The notes under the pieces are model-generated. The model searched no databases and had not been told where the DNA came from. It worked only from the letters and a program-made list of their open reading frames with translations. Position numbers and translations under genes: made by a program. A stretch of 62,209 nucleotides of DNA, filler included, from Chiloscyllium plagiosum (Eukaryota), in assembly GCF_004010195.1 (NCBI RefSeq). It is 3 parts of one record of this genome, joined end to end, with 100 filler letters (N's around TTAATTAATTAA, not from the genome) between each part and the next. Parts side by side here need not be neighbours in the genome. Positions count along the whole stretch, not along the records: positions 16,532 to 45,724 come from NC_057712.1; positions 45,825 to 62,209 come from NC_057712.1; 1 more part is not named here. One strand, written 5' to 3'. Below, piece by piece: positions 38,024 through 50,978 of the stretch (position 1 is its first letter; every line of letters starts with the position of its first letter).

Positions 38024-39315
38024 CTAATGTTATTATCCAGAACAATAGTTAGAAATGGAACCAATTTATTTAGCTGCTTTCCTCATTTCGTTCTTGCCAA
38101 TTAATGATAGCTAAAACACTCCGTAACATGTTTGATGCAAGAAGATGCCTTGGTTACAAAGTTGACTTTTACCTGGAAATATCATGCCCATGATTTCCCC
38201 AACATTAACAACACTTACTTTTAAGTGTTAATTTGAGATAGTGATTCTTGAATAAATTCAGAAATTTTAATTACAGTAAATTTCATATTATTTAGATAAA
38301 TTAGAATGGTAACTAACTAAACAACTGATAGTTGTTACATACATGTTAATTTCTAAATGTTATTCTTAGAGATTTTAGAAAAATAGATTAACTTTCAACA
38401 GACCACTTGGGTAAACATTTATAGATTGCTATTAGGAGGTGACAATCAATGCACTGGTAGTTTTTTAATCCATGCAGTATTTAAAAAAAAGACTGGTGTA
38501 ATATGTTGCATAATTTCTGCTTCCTCGTTTAACCTGTCTTGTTTTCATACTATTTAATCTCTTGAGAATTTCATTGACCATCTGCAGCTACTCATTGGTC
38601 ATTCCTTTCGGATTGATGGGAATAAATTTGTTCAGATTCCTCTCCCCTCAAGATGAAGCATTCCATCATCACGACTTACCCTGTCTAACAATCCTATTCA
38701 ACCGTAGAAGGTAACGATGTGAAAATCAATTGAATCTCAGGGACTCTGCAAGACATCCGATGTTTCACTGTAGAATCCCTGAGCTGCTGAATTTCATTTT
38801 TAAAAAAATTCCTTTCCTTGGGTATCCTTTCTCCCTTTCAGGCTAGAAAGATGTGTGTTTCCTGGCAGAGGGAAGGCAGTGCAACTTTGTGTCTCTGATG
38901 GCTGAAAGGCATAATTAATCTTCCAAGTGTTGGTAATGATGTTCCGCTCTAGTAATTTTTGTAATTATCTTTTGAATGGTGTTAATGAAATATGCATAAC
39001 AAATGCAAGGCATGCAAAAGTTTTGCCATATTGTATGTCACAAGGACAAGGCCAAACAATGGAAAAACTGAATATTTTTGAACTCTCAATAGGTTAATAT
39101 TACTGAACATTACTTTCAATTACATCAATATAAACAGCAATTTGGTTTACAGTTATTAACAACCAAAAGTAATTAAATTGTGAAGTATTGGTGATTTGAA
39201 GTACACAATTTAATGTCATTTATACAATCTACACACTTAAAAGGTAATGGGATCAATCATAATCTAGATATTTGAGCATGCAATTTAGATTCACACTGTA
39301 GTGAAGTATTATTGG

Positions 39316-39480
39316 ACTGCTACACTGTCGGATGTACTGTCTTTTCATTGAGGTGGCAAATTAAGTTTCCCTTTGCCCTTTCAGCTTGATGTGAAACATC
39401 CATTCCACTGTCTCAAAGAACAAAAGATAATCTTCCCCTCTCTCATAATTTGGTTTGACCAATTGTTATTATTCAACCAA
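39316..39480 (+). mobile_element. Deu-domain SINE remnant (SacSINE1/AmnSINE1-like)
   Basis: TGCTACACTGTCGGATGTACTGTCTTTTCATTGAG...TGCCCTTTCAG..GATGTGAAACATCC resembles the Deu-domain consensus as I recall it. Confidence 0.55.
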
Positions 39481-40478
39481 TATCATATTCCAAACTTCAC
39501 TCGTTCTCCAAAAATCTCCTGTTCTATATCTGTCTGTCCAAACCCCTCGCATGATGACTTCACCTTTAGTCCACTCAGGCTTATCAAAATGGAAGTTGCA
39601 GTTTACTGTGTAGAGACACTATGGGAGGTCCCCCTCAGTAAGCAGCCTGAGAGTGCATGCTTGGCCCATATCACTGTCTGAATGATATCTGCCACTAACT
39701 CTGTTTGACCCTCTCTCCAATATTGGATGGGCACTCCATTTGATGCACAGGCATTGTCCGTGTGAATCAAAATCAGTTTGAAGCTTGTAATTTAAAAATA
39801 ATTAAATATAATTGCTTCTGTAGTGATATGTTGCTTTTAGTTCTGAGTGATTTTATTAAAAGCAGAATTATAAAACAGAAAATAACTTGTTATGTACAGA
39901 AATACCAGTGAGACATTGGTGAACCAGAAAAAGTGCAATTTATCTAGTTGTATTGGCCAATATTAACTATACGGATTTCCTCTTGTACTTACAATATATG
40001 TTGTCAACTTCAAGTAATTGTAGTGAAATATTAGCATAAGTGAAACATAAATAAATAATTTATTAATTTCCATCTGTTGTTCAGTCAAAATTATGTTGTG
40101 ACAGTTGTTTTAGACTTTATTGCTACATTGTGAAGGTTATAGTCTTGACACATTTCCTTCATCAGACTGTTATCTGAATATTGGCCAACTTAGGAAGTTT
40201 GAAATGTTTTCATGCTGTTTTCAGGCACTGGAGTCGATACAGTTATTAGGATCTTACATAATTCAATGGAGGGCGATGTAGGAGTTCAAAATTTGGGAGA
40301 AATGAGAACCATGAGCTATTATTAAATCTGTAAAATAGTATAGTGACTGCCAAAGCAAATACGAATGGAGGAAAGGATGTGAGAAGTGTTCTTAATCTCT
40401 GAGCATTAATCAATCCCAGTTCTAGGAATCACAAGTGGCTGGATTTTACCACCACTTGCAGCACATTTGCAGGATGGA

Positions 40479-41046
40479 CATAGAGTCATAAAGATGTACA
40501 GCATGGAAACAGACCCTTCGGTCCAACCCATCTATGCCGATCAGACATCCCAACACAATCTAGTCCCACCTGCCAGAATCCGGCCCATATCCCTCCAAAC
40601 CCTTCCTATTCATATACCCATCCAAATACCTCTTAAATGTTACAATTGTACCAGCCTCCATCACATCCTCTGGCAGCTCATTCCATACACGTACTACCCT
40701 CTGCGTGGAAAAGTTGCCCCTTAGGTCTCTTATATCTTTCCCCTCTCACCTAAACCTATGCCGTCTAGTTCTGGACTCCCTGACCCCAGGGAAAAGACTT
40801 TGTCTATTTATCCTATCCATGCCCCTCATAATTTTGTAAACCTCTATAAGGTCACCTCTCAGCCTCCGATGCACCAGGGGAAACAGCCCGAGCCTATTCA
40901 GCCTCTCCCTGTAGCTCAGATCCTCCAATCCTGGCAACATCCTTGTAAATCTTTTCTGAACCCTTTCAAGTTTCACAACATCTTTCCGATAGGAAGGAGA
41001 CCAGAATTGCACGCAATATTCCAACAGTGGCCTAACCAATGTCCTT
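40479..41046 (-). mobile_element. CR1 3' end
   Basis: VRPLLEYCVQFWSPSYRKD..LRGDLIEVYKI peptide and 3' UTR. Confidence 0.9.
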
Positions 41047-41129
41047 TAAAAACACACGATTGTCCCGGTGCCTTCCTGTCCAGCCCTAAATATCTTCCAC
41101 ATTACGGTGGGCAGACAAGATGTCAGGAA

Positions 41130-42485
41130 GATTGCATATATTGAATAAAAAAAGCAAAATGTTATTTAAATTGAGCAAGATTGCAGTACAGATGGACCTG
41201 GATGTCCTTCTTCATGAATCAATGAGTTCAATTTATCACCCAGGCAATGACGTATAAAAGTAAGGAAAGCTGGCTCCAAGGTTTGGTCAGAGATAGTCTG
41301 CATGGTTTTGACAAATTTGATTGAATTTTTTGACCAGGTGTATGAATGGGAGTAATGCAGTAGATGAAGTTTCTATGGATTTCAGGAAAGGCTTTGACAA
41401 GTTCCCACATGGAGCTTTGATAAAGGTGATAAAAACAAATGGTATCCAGGGCAACTTAGTAAGTTGGATCCAAATTGGCTGAGCAGAAAGAAAGAATGGT
41501 AAAAAGCTGTTGTGTGGCTGGAGACAAATAACAGATGAATCAGTGCTAGGTCCCTTTTTGTTCATGATATCTATTTAAACATTATAGATGAGCATGTATG
41601 GGGAATGATAAGTAAGATGATAGATGACACAAAGGTTGGCTGGATGGTTAATAGTGAAGATGAAGGTTTTAGGCTACAGGAAGATATAGATTGATTGGTG
41701 GTGGGGCAGATTTGAGGCAGATAGAATTTAACCCTGTTAACTGTGAGCTGTTGCACTTTGGAAGAAGTAACAAGACAAGGACGTTCTCCATTAATGCCAG
41801 GACATTAAGAAGGTTAAACAAACAGAGGACCTTGGGATGTTTATCCATAGATATCTAAAGGTGTCAGGGCAGGTTAGTAAGGTAGTTAAGAAGGCATATG
41901 AGAGACTCATCTTTATCAGTTATAGTATAGAGTATAAGAGCAGGGAAGTTATGTTGAAGCAGTACAAATCTTTGGTTACCCTACACTGGAATGCTATGTG
42001 CAGTCCTGGTCACCACAACATAGGAAGGATGTGATTGCACTCGAGGGAGTACAGAGCAGATTCACCAGAGTGTTGCCTGGGATAAACCATTTTATCTATG
42101 AAAGGAGGCTGGATAAGATCGGATTGTTTCCTTTGAAGTAGAGAAGGCTGAGTGGAGACCTGGTTGAGGTGTATAAGATTATTAGGGGCTTGACAGAGCA
42201 GGTAGGAAGCAACTATTCCCCTTAGTTGAAGCATCAATAGTGAGGAGACATAATTTTAAGGAGGTTTATAGGCGATTTGAGGAAAAACCTTTTTTACCAA
42301 TGACATGCATTGCCTGGCAGGGTATTGAAGCTGGAAACTTCAAAACCTTTAAATGTACATGGTTGAGCACTTGAAATGTCACAAAATTCAAAACTAGGGA
42401 CCAAGTGCTGGAAAGGATGATTAGTGTCGATAGGTCATTGCAGACTCAATGGGTCGAAGTGCCTCTTCTGTGCTGAATAACTCAT
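41130..42485 (+). mobile_element. Old CR1 RT-to-3' fragment
   Basis: MDFRKGFDK, SVLGPFLF, IDDTKVG and YKSREVML remnants. Confidence 0.8.
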
Positions 42486-42487
42486 GA

Positions 42488-43294
42488 CAGTGGAACCTCA
42501 AATATCTGAACGTGATGGATGGGCACTATTTCGTTCGGATAATCGATTATTCGGAAAATCGATTAAATGCCTTTTAAAGTCTTCTCCCTGTTCAGGAGAC
42601 TGCAGCAGCACACAGCACGCGAGACCCCGTCCCCAACACTGCCCCCGTCTCATTCACCCCCCCCCCCCGGTCCNNNNNNNNNNNNNNNNNNNNNNNNNNN
42701 NNNNNNNNNNNNNNNNNNNNNNNNNNNNNNNNNNNNNNNNNNNNNNNNNNNNNNNNNNNNNNNNNNNNNNNNNNNNNNNNNNNNNNNNNNNNNNNNNNNN
42801 NNNNNNNNNNNNNNNNNNNNNNNNNNNNNNNNNNNNNNNNNNNNNNNNNNNGCCACCCATCCACCCCTCAGCACCTGTCCGGGGTATCCGGACTGCACAC
42901 CAACAAACTGCTGCTACCACCGCTGCCTTTGTGGGGTAAGTCTCCAAATAGCGTGCGCACGCGCACACACACAAACATACGCACACACAATTTTTTGATA
43001 GGTTCCATGTTTGCCCTATACAGGACAATGTTGGAGAGATTACTCCTGGGAAAGGGGGGCAGGGAGGAGCGTGGTTAGGGTACACCCCTCTGTAGAACTC
43101 TAGGGAAAGTGTGGGGAGAGAGAGAGGGCGGGAGGTCAGTCATTTGGAGACGGTGCCTGTTTAATCACTGGAAACAAGACGCGATCACTGTTGGAAACAT
43201 GTCTTTGATGTAATGTTTCTATCAGGACCTCAAGATCTCCTTCGGATAATCCAATTTTCGAATAATTGGTATTCGGATAATCGAGATTCCTCTG
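42488..43294. mobile_element. Non-autonomous pogo/Tigger-like DNA transposon spanning the gap 42674-42851
   Basis: TIRs CAGTGGAACCTCAAATATCTGAA and (reverse complement) CAGAGGAATCTCGATTATCCGAA, TA on the right flank, subterminal TTCGGATAATC repeats at both ends. Confidence 0.65.
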
Positions 43295-43414
43295 TATACA
43301 AGGTATTGGCAAAACCACACCTGGATTACCATGTGCATTTTAATTCTCATTATTTAATAAGGGATTTACATATATTGAAAGCAGTTCAGAGAAGGTTCAC
43401 GAGGCTGACTTCTG

Positions 43415-43764
43415 AATCAAAGAGTTCCTATGGTTCAGATAGAGGCCACTTGGCCCATCAGGTCTACACCAACCCTCCAAAGACCATCCACCCAGTTGCA
43501 TCTTATCCCCCTAACCCTGCATTTGCCATGACTAATCCAATTAGCCTGTACATCCCTGGATACTATAATTCAATTTAGAATTGCAAGCCCACCTAATCTG
43601 TACAGTTTTGCACTATGGAAGGAAACCAGAGTGTGGGCAGAAATCCATGCAAATGCAGGGAAAAATTGCAAACTCCACAGAGTCAGTCACCCAAGGCTGG
43701 AAGTGAACCTGGGTGCCTGGCACTGCGAGGCAGCAGTGTTAAACACTGCGTCACCGTGTTGCCC
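43415..43764 (-). mobile_element. Diverged HE1-like V-SINE inserted in a CR1 fragment (43295-43870, plus strand)
   Basis: Same head, V-domain and tail organisation as 31960-32257. Confidence 0.8.
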
Positions 43765-43871
43765 TGGTCTGAAGGAGTTGTCATTTAAAAAAAGACTGAG
43801 CAGGTTAGACCTACACTCATTGGAATGTAGAAAAATTATAGGTAATCATTTTGAGATATAAGATTTTATAG

Positions 43872-45280
43872 TGTCATAGAATCATGCAGTGCAGAAATAG
43901 ATTCTTTAGTCCAATTCATCTGCACTAACAATCTGACCTAGTTCCATTTGCCAGCCTTTGGCTCATATGCCTCTAAATGCTTCCTGTTCACATACCCATC
44001 CAGATGTCTTTTTTGCAATTGTATTCACCGTCACCACTTTCTCTGGCAGTTCATTCCATACATGCACCACCCTCTGCAAGAAAAAAGTTACTCATCAGAT
44101 CCTTTTTAAATCTTTCCCCTCTCACCTTAAACTTCTGTCCTCTAGTTTTGGACTCCCTACCTTGGGACAAGAACTTTGACTATTCATCCTATCCGTGCCC
44201 CTCATGATCTTATAAACCTCTATAAGGGCACCTCACCTCTCAGCCTCTGATGTTCCAGGACAAAAAGCCCCAGTGTATTCAGCCTCTCCCTATAATTCAA
44301 GCCCTTCTGTCCTAGCAACATGCTTGTAAATCTTTTCTGCACTCTCTCAAAGTTAACAACATCTTTCCTAGAACACAGTATTCTAAAATTAGCCTCACTA
44401 ATGTCCTGTACAGATGCCACATGACATCCTAACTCTTATTCTCAATGTTCTGATCAATGAATGCAAGCATTCCAAATGCTTTCTTCCTGAGCCTGTCTAC
44501 CTCTGATGCCACTTTCAAGGAACTATGGACCTGCACCCCAAGTTCGACAACACACCCCAAAATATAACATCACATATTAATCTAAAGTAAACTCCACCTG
44601 CTACTCATCAGACCATTGACCCATCTGATCAACATGTCATTGTATTCTGAAATAATCTTCTTCACTGTCCACTATTTTGGTGTCATCAGCAAACTTCCTG
44701 ACTATACCTTCTATTTTTGCATCCAAACATTTATATAAATGATGAAAATTAATGTACCCAGCACTAATGCTTGTGGCACACTACAGGTCACTGGCCTCCA
44801 GTCCAAAAAACAACCTCCTACCATCATCCTCTGTCTCCTACCTTCAAGCCAAGTGTGTATCCAGTTGGATAGCTCCCTGGATCTCTTGGGATCTAACCTT
44901 GCTAACCAGTCTATCATGTGAAAACTTGTTGAACTCTTTGCTGAAGTCCAAATAGACAATGTCCACCATTCTGCCTTCATCAATCTTCTTTGTCACCTCT
45001 TCAAGAAGCTCAAGGGATACAATTTCCCATGCTCAAAGCTATGTTGAGTATCCCTAATCACTCCTTACCTTTCCAAATGTATGTAAATCCTATCTCTCAA
45101 AATCAACTCCAAAAACTTAGCCAACACTGACGTAAGTTCCAACTGTCAATAGTGCCTTAGTTTTTCCTAACAGCCTTTGTTAAATAATAGTACCACATTA
45201 GCCAACATCCAGTCTTCCAACACCTCACCTATGGCTGTTGATGGTACAAATTTCTCAGCTAGAGGCTCCCTTATAACCTT
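43872..45280 (-). mobile_element. CR1 RT-to-3' fragment
   Basis: LEDWMLANVV, WRPVTCSVPQALVLG and FERVQKRFT peptides. Confidence 0.85.
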
Positions 45281-45724
45281 TTTGGAAGGTGAACACATTG
45301 TTGGGAGGGGATGATGGTAGCTTCTCACGACAGCTGGCTCTTGGGCTGTGAAATGTACCATGTACTGAATGTAAAGACAGTGAAGACCAATCAAGGAAGC
45401 ACAACCCTTGAATAGGAAGATAATTGCTTGAAATTCTCTCTCTCATCTTCTTTATCATTCTACTTTGATCCAGGAATTAATCTGGTGATTAAAAAGAAAA
45501 ATGAAAAACATCAAAAAACAATGCTTGAAACAAGGAATTGAGATCTTACCTATTCCTCCAAGGATAAGATATTCTCAAAACCCAAAGAATTACAGATGCT
45601 TGAAATCAGAAACAGAAACAAAAAAAATGCTGGAAAAACTCAGTAGGTTTGGCAGCATCTGTGCTTTCTTTCCACAGAAGCTACCAGACTGCTGAGTTTT
45701 TCCAGCTTTTTGTTGTTTTTTTTT

Positions 45725-45824
45725 NNNNNNNNNNNNNNNNNNNNNNNNNNNNNNNNNNNNNNNNNNNNTTAATTAATTAANNNNNNNNNNNNNNNNNNNN
45801 NNNNNNNNNNNNNNNNNNNNNNNN
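45725..45824. other. Assembly gap with artificial linker (N44-TTAATTAATTAA-N44)
   Basis: Identical to 16432-16531. Confidence 0.95.
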
Positions 45825-48376
45825 TGTCATCAGGGAAAGATACCAGGAGTAGTGGTTTCATTAGACGCGGAAAAGGCATTTGATAGGGTTGAATGGTCAC
45901 ATGTGTTTTACACATTGGAAAATTAGCCTTTATGCAGATGATGTTCTTCTATTCCTCAGTAATCCTCTGATGTCTGTACCTCGCCTAATCCAAGTTATTA
46001 ATACGTTTATTGCATTCTCAGGCTATAAAATTAATTTCTCAAAATCGGAGGCTATTCCAAAGGGTGGCCTTGCTATGATACCCCACTTAGTGGACGGATC
46101 CCTTTTTCCCTTTCGTTGGTCCCTGGAGGGCTTCTTATATTTAGGCATTTTTATTACTCCAGTATTTGGTCAGTTGTATAAGGCTAATTTTGTGCATTTA
46201 CTGGAAAGGATAAGGCAGGACCTCCAGCGATGGGGAGACCTTCCAATTTCCTGGTTGGGTAGAACAGCACTAATCAAAATGAATGTCCTGCCCCATCTCC
46301 TATACCCTATGAGAATGCTTCCGGTGATGCTGCCGAGGCTGGCACTACATATATTATATGGCTGGCTGGGTTCCTTTGTATCGAAAGAGGTCTCCATTAG
46401 GTAATCCGAATTTCTGACGCAGCTGTTCAAAAGACATGAGGACACCATCTTTAAATAGATCCCCTAAACATGAGATACCCCTGGATCTCCAGAGTTTAAA
46501 GTGGCATCTGTAAACCCCGGTTGGAATCCCCATGCTCCCACTATCGGTACATAGGGGGATGTTTTATGTGAATTACCCTCATTTTGCCGCATTATATTCC
46601 AAGCCTTAATTGTGTTTAGTATTATAGGGTTTTTACAGTAATCTGTAATGATTTTCCTCTTGTCTGAAAATAAAAGGTTAATAAGTGGGTTTTTACTTGA
46701 GAGGCCTCAATATCCAACCAGATTGATTGTGGATCAGACAAGACCCAATCGGCTGTGTAACTTAATAGGGAACTTAACTGATATTTCCTAAAGTCTGGGA
46801 AGTCCAATCCTCCCCTTGCCTGTGGAAGCTGTAGCTGCTTCCACAGGCAAGGGGAGGATTGGACTTCCCAGACTTTAGGAAATATCAGTTAAGTTCCCTA
46901 TTAAGTTACATAGCTGATTGGGTCTTGTCTGATCCACAATCAATCTGGTTGGATATTGAGGCCTCTCAAGTAAAAACCCACTTATTAACCTTTTATTTTC
47001 AGACAAGAGGAAAATCATTACAGATTACTGTAAAAACCCTATAATACTAAACACAATTAAGGCCTGGAATATAATGCGGCAAAATGAGGGCAACTCACAT
47101 AAAACATCCCCCTATGCACCAACAGTGGGAGCATGGGGATTCCAACCGGGGTTTACAGACGGCACTTTTAAACTCTGGAGATCCAGGGGTATCTCATGTT
47201 TAGGGGATCTATTTAAAGATGGGGTCCTGATGTCTTTCGGACAGCTGCGTCAGAAATTCGGATTACCCAATGGAGACCTCTTTCGATACTTCCAAATTCG
47301 AGATTTTATACAGAAGAAGACTACGTTATTAGATAGTCTTTATAAATCCGATAGAGAATGTAGTGTCCTACGACCAGTGGGGGTATCTTCCGTCAGTAAT
47401 ATTTATCATTTGGTACATGATGAAGTATCGGGAGATATGGATAATCTGCTTAAAACATGGGATCAGGATTTGGGACTAGAAATCTCTATAGAAACGTGGA
47501 ATGATATTTGGGAAAATGCTAGAAGAATTACTATTTGTAACAGAACCCAGGCTATCCAGCTGAAGATACTTCATAGGGCCCATATAGCAGCGGTTCGATT
47601 GGCAAAATTTAAGGCAGGAGCATCTCCAATGTGTCCCAAATGTAAAATAGAGGTGGGCACTCTTGTACATTGCTTATGGACCTGTCATAAGATCCGTGGA
47701 TATTGGACTAAAGTAGCAAGTACCCTGACAGAAATTTTAGGAACGGAAATTAAAGTGGACCCTGTATCTCTCCTTTTGGGCTTTTCGAACTTTCCCTCCC
47801 TGGACATGTACGGGAAGAGACTATTTTCTATTCTTTCTTTCTGTGCAAGGAAAAATATTTTGGTGAACTGGGCGGCGGAGGGCCCCCCTGGACTTTCAAA
47901 TTGGCACAGACTAATTATGGAATGTCTTCCCCTTGACCTCCTTACAAATATGTGCACCGAAAGACCGAATTAATTTATAAAATATGGCAGCCCTTCTTGA
48001 ATTACATAAATACAGATATTTCGGCTATCCCTACAAGGGCTTTTATTTAATTGAGATTACAAACCTGGCTGGTCCGGGGCCCCTTAGGAGAGGAATCCCG
48101 CACGAATACGGGTTTTATTACATCTGATGTTAATACATTCCGAGCATGTAAGAGACTTAAATATACACTCTGGTTAGTTGGAGGTTAGATTAGTAGATAG
48201 TTGAGTTTTGTTTTTTTTTCTTTTTCGGTATTTTTTTTTCTTTTCTCTTGTTAAATTTTGGCTATTGTATATTTGATTTAATTGTATATCAATGTTTATA
48301 TTTGAGAGTTTTGTTTATTTTTGTAAACTTGTAAAAAATGTTAAATTTCTAATAAAAATATCTGTATAAAAAAAAA
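45825..48376 (+). mobile_element. L1-clade LINE 3' half with an internal deletion and an inverted duplication
   Basis: SLDAEKAFDRVEW, ISLYADDVLL, FSGYKIN..KS, GR..LIKMNVLP, CPKC..GTLVHCLWTC zinc knuckle, AATAAA at 48351 and poly(A). Confidence 0.9.
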
Positions 48377-48479
48377 CTTCCTCCCCCAGTATTTAATTGC
48401 AGGGGTGGCATGAAAGAGGCAAGTGTCCCATCAGTCCAGCTTACTCAACGGTTTCTCTTTGTCACCTCTCGGACTACGA

Positions 48480-49365
48480 GAACATGAGGACTCCAGATGC
48501 TGGAGATCAGAGTTGAAAGGTGTGGCACTGGAAAAGCACAGCAGGTCAGGCAGCATCTGAGGAGCAGGAGAGTCGATGATTTGGGCATACGTTCTTCACC
48601 AGGAATGTGGGGTTGAGGGGTATGCTGAGAGATAAATAGGAGGGTGGGGTTGGGGGCAAGTTAGCTGGGAAGGCAATAGGTAATGCAGGTGGGGGGTAGT
48701 AGTTACAGGTCAAAGGGGAGGGTGGAGCGAATAGGTGGGAAGGAAGATGGACAGGTAGGACAGGTCAAGAGGACGGTGCTAAGTTGGAGGTTTGGATTTG
48801 GGATGAGATGGGTGGGGGAGGGGAGATTAGGAAACTGGTGAAGTCGACGTTGATGCCATGTGGTTGAAGGGTCCCGAGGCAGAAGGGGAGGCGTTCTTCC
48901 TCCAGGCGTTGGGTGGCCAGAAGTTGGCAGTTGGTGCTGCTCCCTCATCAGGTGGTTGTGGAGGTTAAGATCATGCTCACAAAATTTATAGCCAAAGGAG
49001 TCCAGTGTCATGGAGATGTGATGCAGTAAACAACCTTAGATTAAAACTTTCATCTTTTAGAATGGGATATGTTGGTTTCTGCTCTGTTCTTATGTAAATC
49101 CCAGAACTTCTTTAAAATACATTCTCGATATAGCACAGCTTTTTAAACAATAGGTGCGAAGTCTGTCTGTGTCCCAATGCTATGTCAGACTGACAAACAC
49201 TCTGTACACAGAGTTTTACATGGATTCATGCAATTTTTCAGCAAAATAAAATGTAATTCTGCAAGAACAAGTTCACCCCATAAGCGGATATGCGTGTGCA
49301 TGTAGGAGAAGCGATAGATTGAGTGTGCATTTGAGTCAAACAATTTCACGAATATAAAGTGATCG
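48480..49365 (-). mobile_element. Two adjoining PLE 3' fragments (about 48480-48930 and 48930-49365)
   Basis: The first matches the tail at 25230-25615; the second matches the 28803-29320 family and includes a CTGATGAGGGAGCAGCA hammerhead half. Confidence 0.75.
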
Positions 49366-50485
49366 TGTGCTGTGTTTTGGGAAAGCAAATCTTAGCAGGA
49401 CTTGGACATTTAATGGTAAGGATTCTGGATCAGTGGTGCTGGAAGCTCCTCGGATGCTGTCTGAATTGCTGTGCTCTTCCAGCACCACTGATCCAGAATT
49501 TAATGGTAAGGTCCTAGGGAGTGTTGCTGAACAAAGAGACCTTGGAGTGCAGGTTCATAATTCCTTGAAAGTAGAGTCACAGGTAGATAGGACAGTGAAG
49601 AAGGCGTTTGATATGCTTTCCTTTATTGGTCAAGAGTATTGAATACAGGAGTTGGGAGGTCATATTGTGGTTGTACAGGACATTGATTAGGCCACTTTTG
49701 GAATATTGCATGCAATTCTGATCTCCTTATCGGAAGGATGTTATGAAATGTGAAAGGGTTCAGAAAAGATTTATAAGGATGTTGCCAGGGTTGGAGCATT
49801 TGAGCTATAGGGAGAGGCTAAATAGGCTGGGGCTGTTTTCCCTGGAGCATTGGGCGCTGAGAGGTGACCTTATAGTGGTTTGTAAAATCACGAGGGGCAT
49901 GGATAGGATAAACAGACAAAGTCCCTTCCCTCAGCTGGAATATTGCGTACAATTCTGGTCTCCTTCCTATCAGAAAGATGTTGTGAAACTTGAAAGCGTT
50001 CAGAAAAGATTTACAAGGATGTTGCCAGGGTTGGAGGATTTGAGCTACAGGGAGAGGTTGAACAGGCTGGGGCTGTTTTCCCTGGAGTGTCGGAGGCTGA
50101 GAGTTGACCTTATAGAGGTTTACAAAATAATGAGGGGCACGGATAGGGTAAATGGACAATGTATTTTCCTTGGGCTGGGGGAGTACAGAACTAGAGGGCA
50201 TAGGTTTAGGGTGAGAGGGGAAAGATATAAAAGAGACCTGAGGGGCAACTTCTTCACGCAGAGGATGATACATGTATGGAATGAGTTGCCAGATGAAGTG
50301 GTGGAGGCTGGTACAGTCACAACGTTTAAAAGGCATCTGGATGGGTATATGAATAGGAAGAGTTTGGAGGGATACGGGGGCGGGTGCTGGCAGGTGGGAC
50401 TACATTGGGTTGGGATATCTGGTCGGCACGGGCGAGTTGGGCCAAAAGGTCTGTTTCCACGCTGTGCATCTCTATGACTCTGTGA
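49365..50485 (+). mobile_element. CR1 3' region with a tandemly repeated LEYCVQFWSP..QS segment and a mini-PLE insertion
   Basis: ORF 49743-50477 contains the RVQKRF..LSYRERL..LRGDL block twice; 3' tail CTATGACT. Confidence 0.9.
49422..49497. mobile_element. Miniature fold-back PLE insertion
   Basis: TSD ATTTAATGGTAAGG at 49408 and 49498; 24-bp perfect inverted repeat at 49422-49445 and 49476-49499. Confidence 0.85.
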
Positions 50486-50656
50486 TTTTTGTGTCTTAAG
50501 AATCAAATCAAAGAATGTCATGAAATATAACTGATTTTTCTCATCAAACTTGTTTCATTTAGCATGTTGTTATCATAGTGATTAATGAAACTAGCAACAC
50601 TAGAACATGCAGTAAAGAAGTACTTCTTAATCAAACTTGCCAAGGTAATTCAATAG

Positions 50657-50978
50657 TTTAGATTAGATTACTTACAGCGTGGAAACAGGCCCTTCGGCCC
50701 AACAAGTCCACACCGACCCGCCAAAGCGCAACCCACCCAGACCCATTCCCCTACATTTACCCCTTCGCCTAACACTACGGGCAATTTAGCATGGCCAATT
50801 CACCTAACCTTCACATTTTTGAACTGTGGGAGGAAACCGGAGCACCCGGAGGAAATCCACGCAGACACGGGGAGAATGTGCAAACTCCACACAGTCAGTC
50901 GCCTGAGGCAGGAATTGAACCCGGGTCTCTAGCACTGTGAGGCAGCAGCGCTAACCACTGTACCACCGTGCCGCCCAC
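50657..50978 (-). mobile_element. HE1-like V-SINE, near full length
   Basis: GGGCGGCACGGTGGTACAGTGG head, GGTTCAATTCC B box, V-domain, (AATCT)n tail. Confidence 0.92.

Noticed and set aside
38720..38745. TCCCTGAG miR-125-like seed on minus
   Set aside because: The similarity does not extend beyond the seed region.
46622..47044. Two near-identical 61-aa ORFs on opposite strands
   Set aside because: L1 ORF2 fragments in the inverted duplication, not a gene pair.
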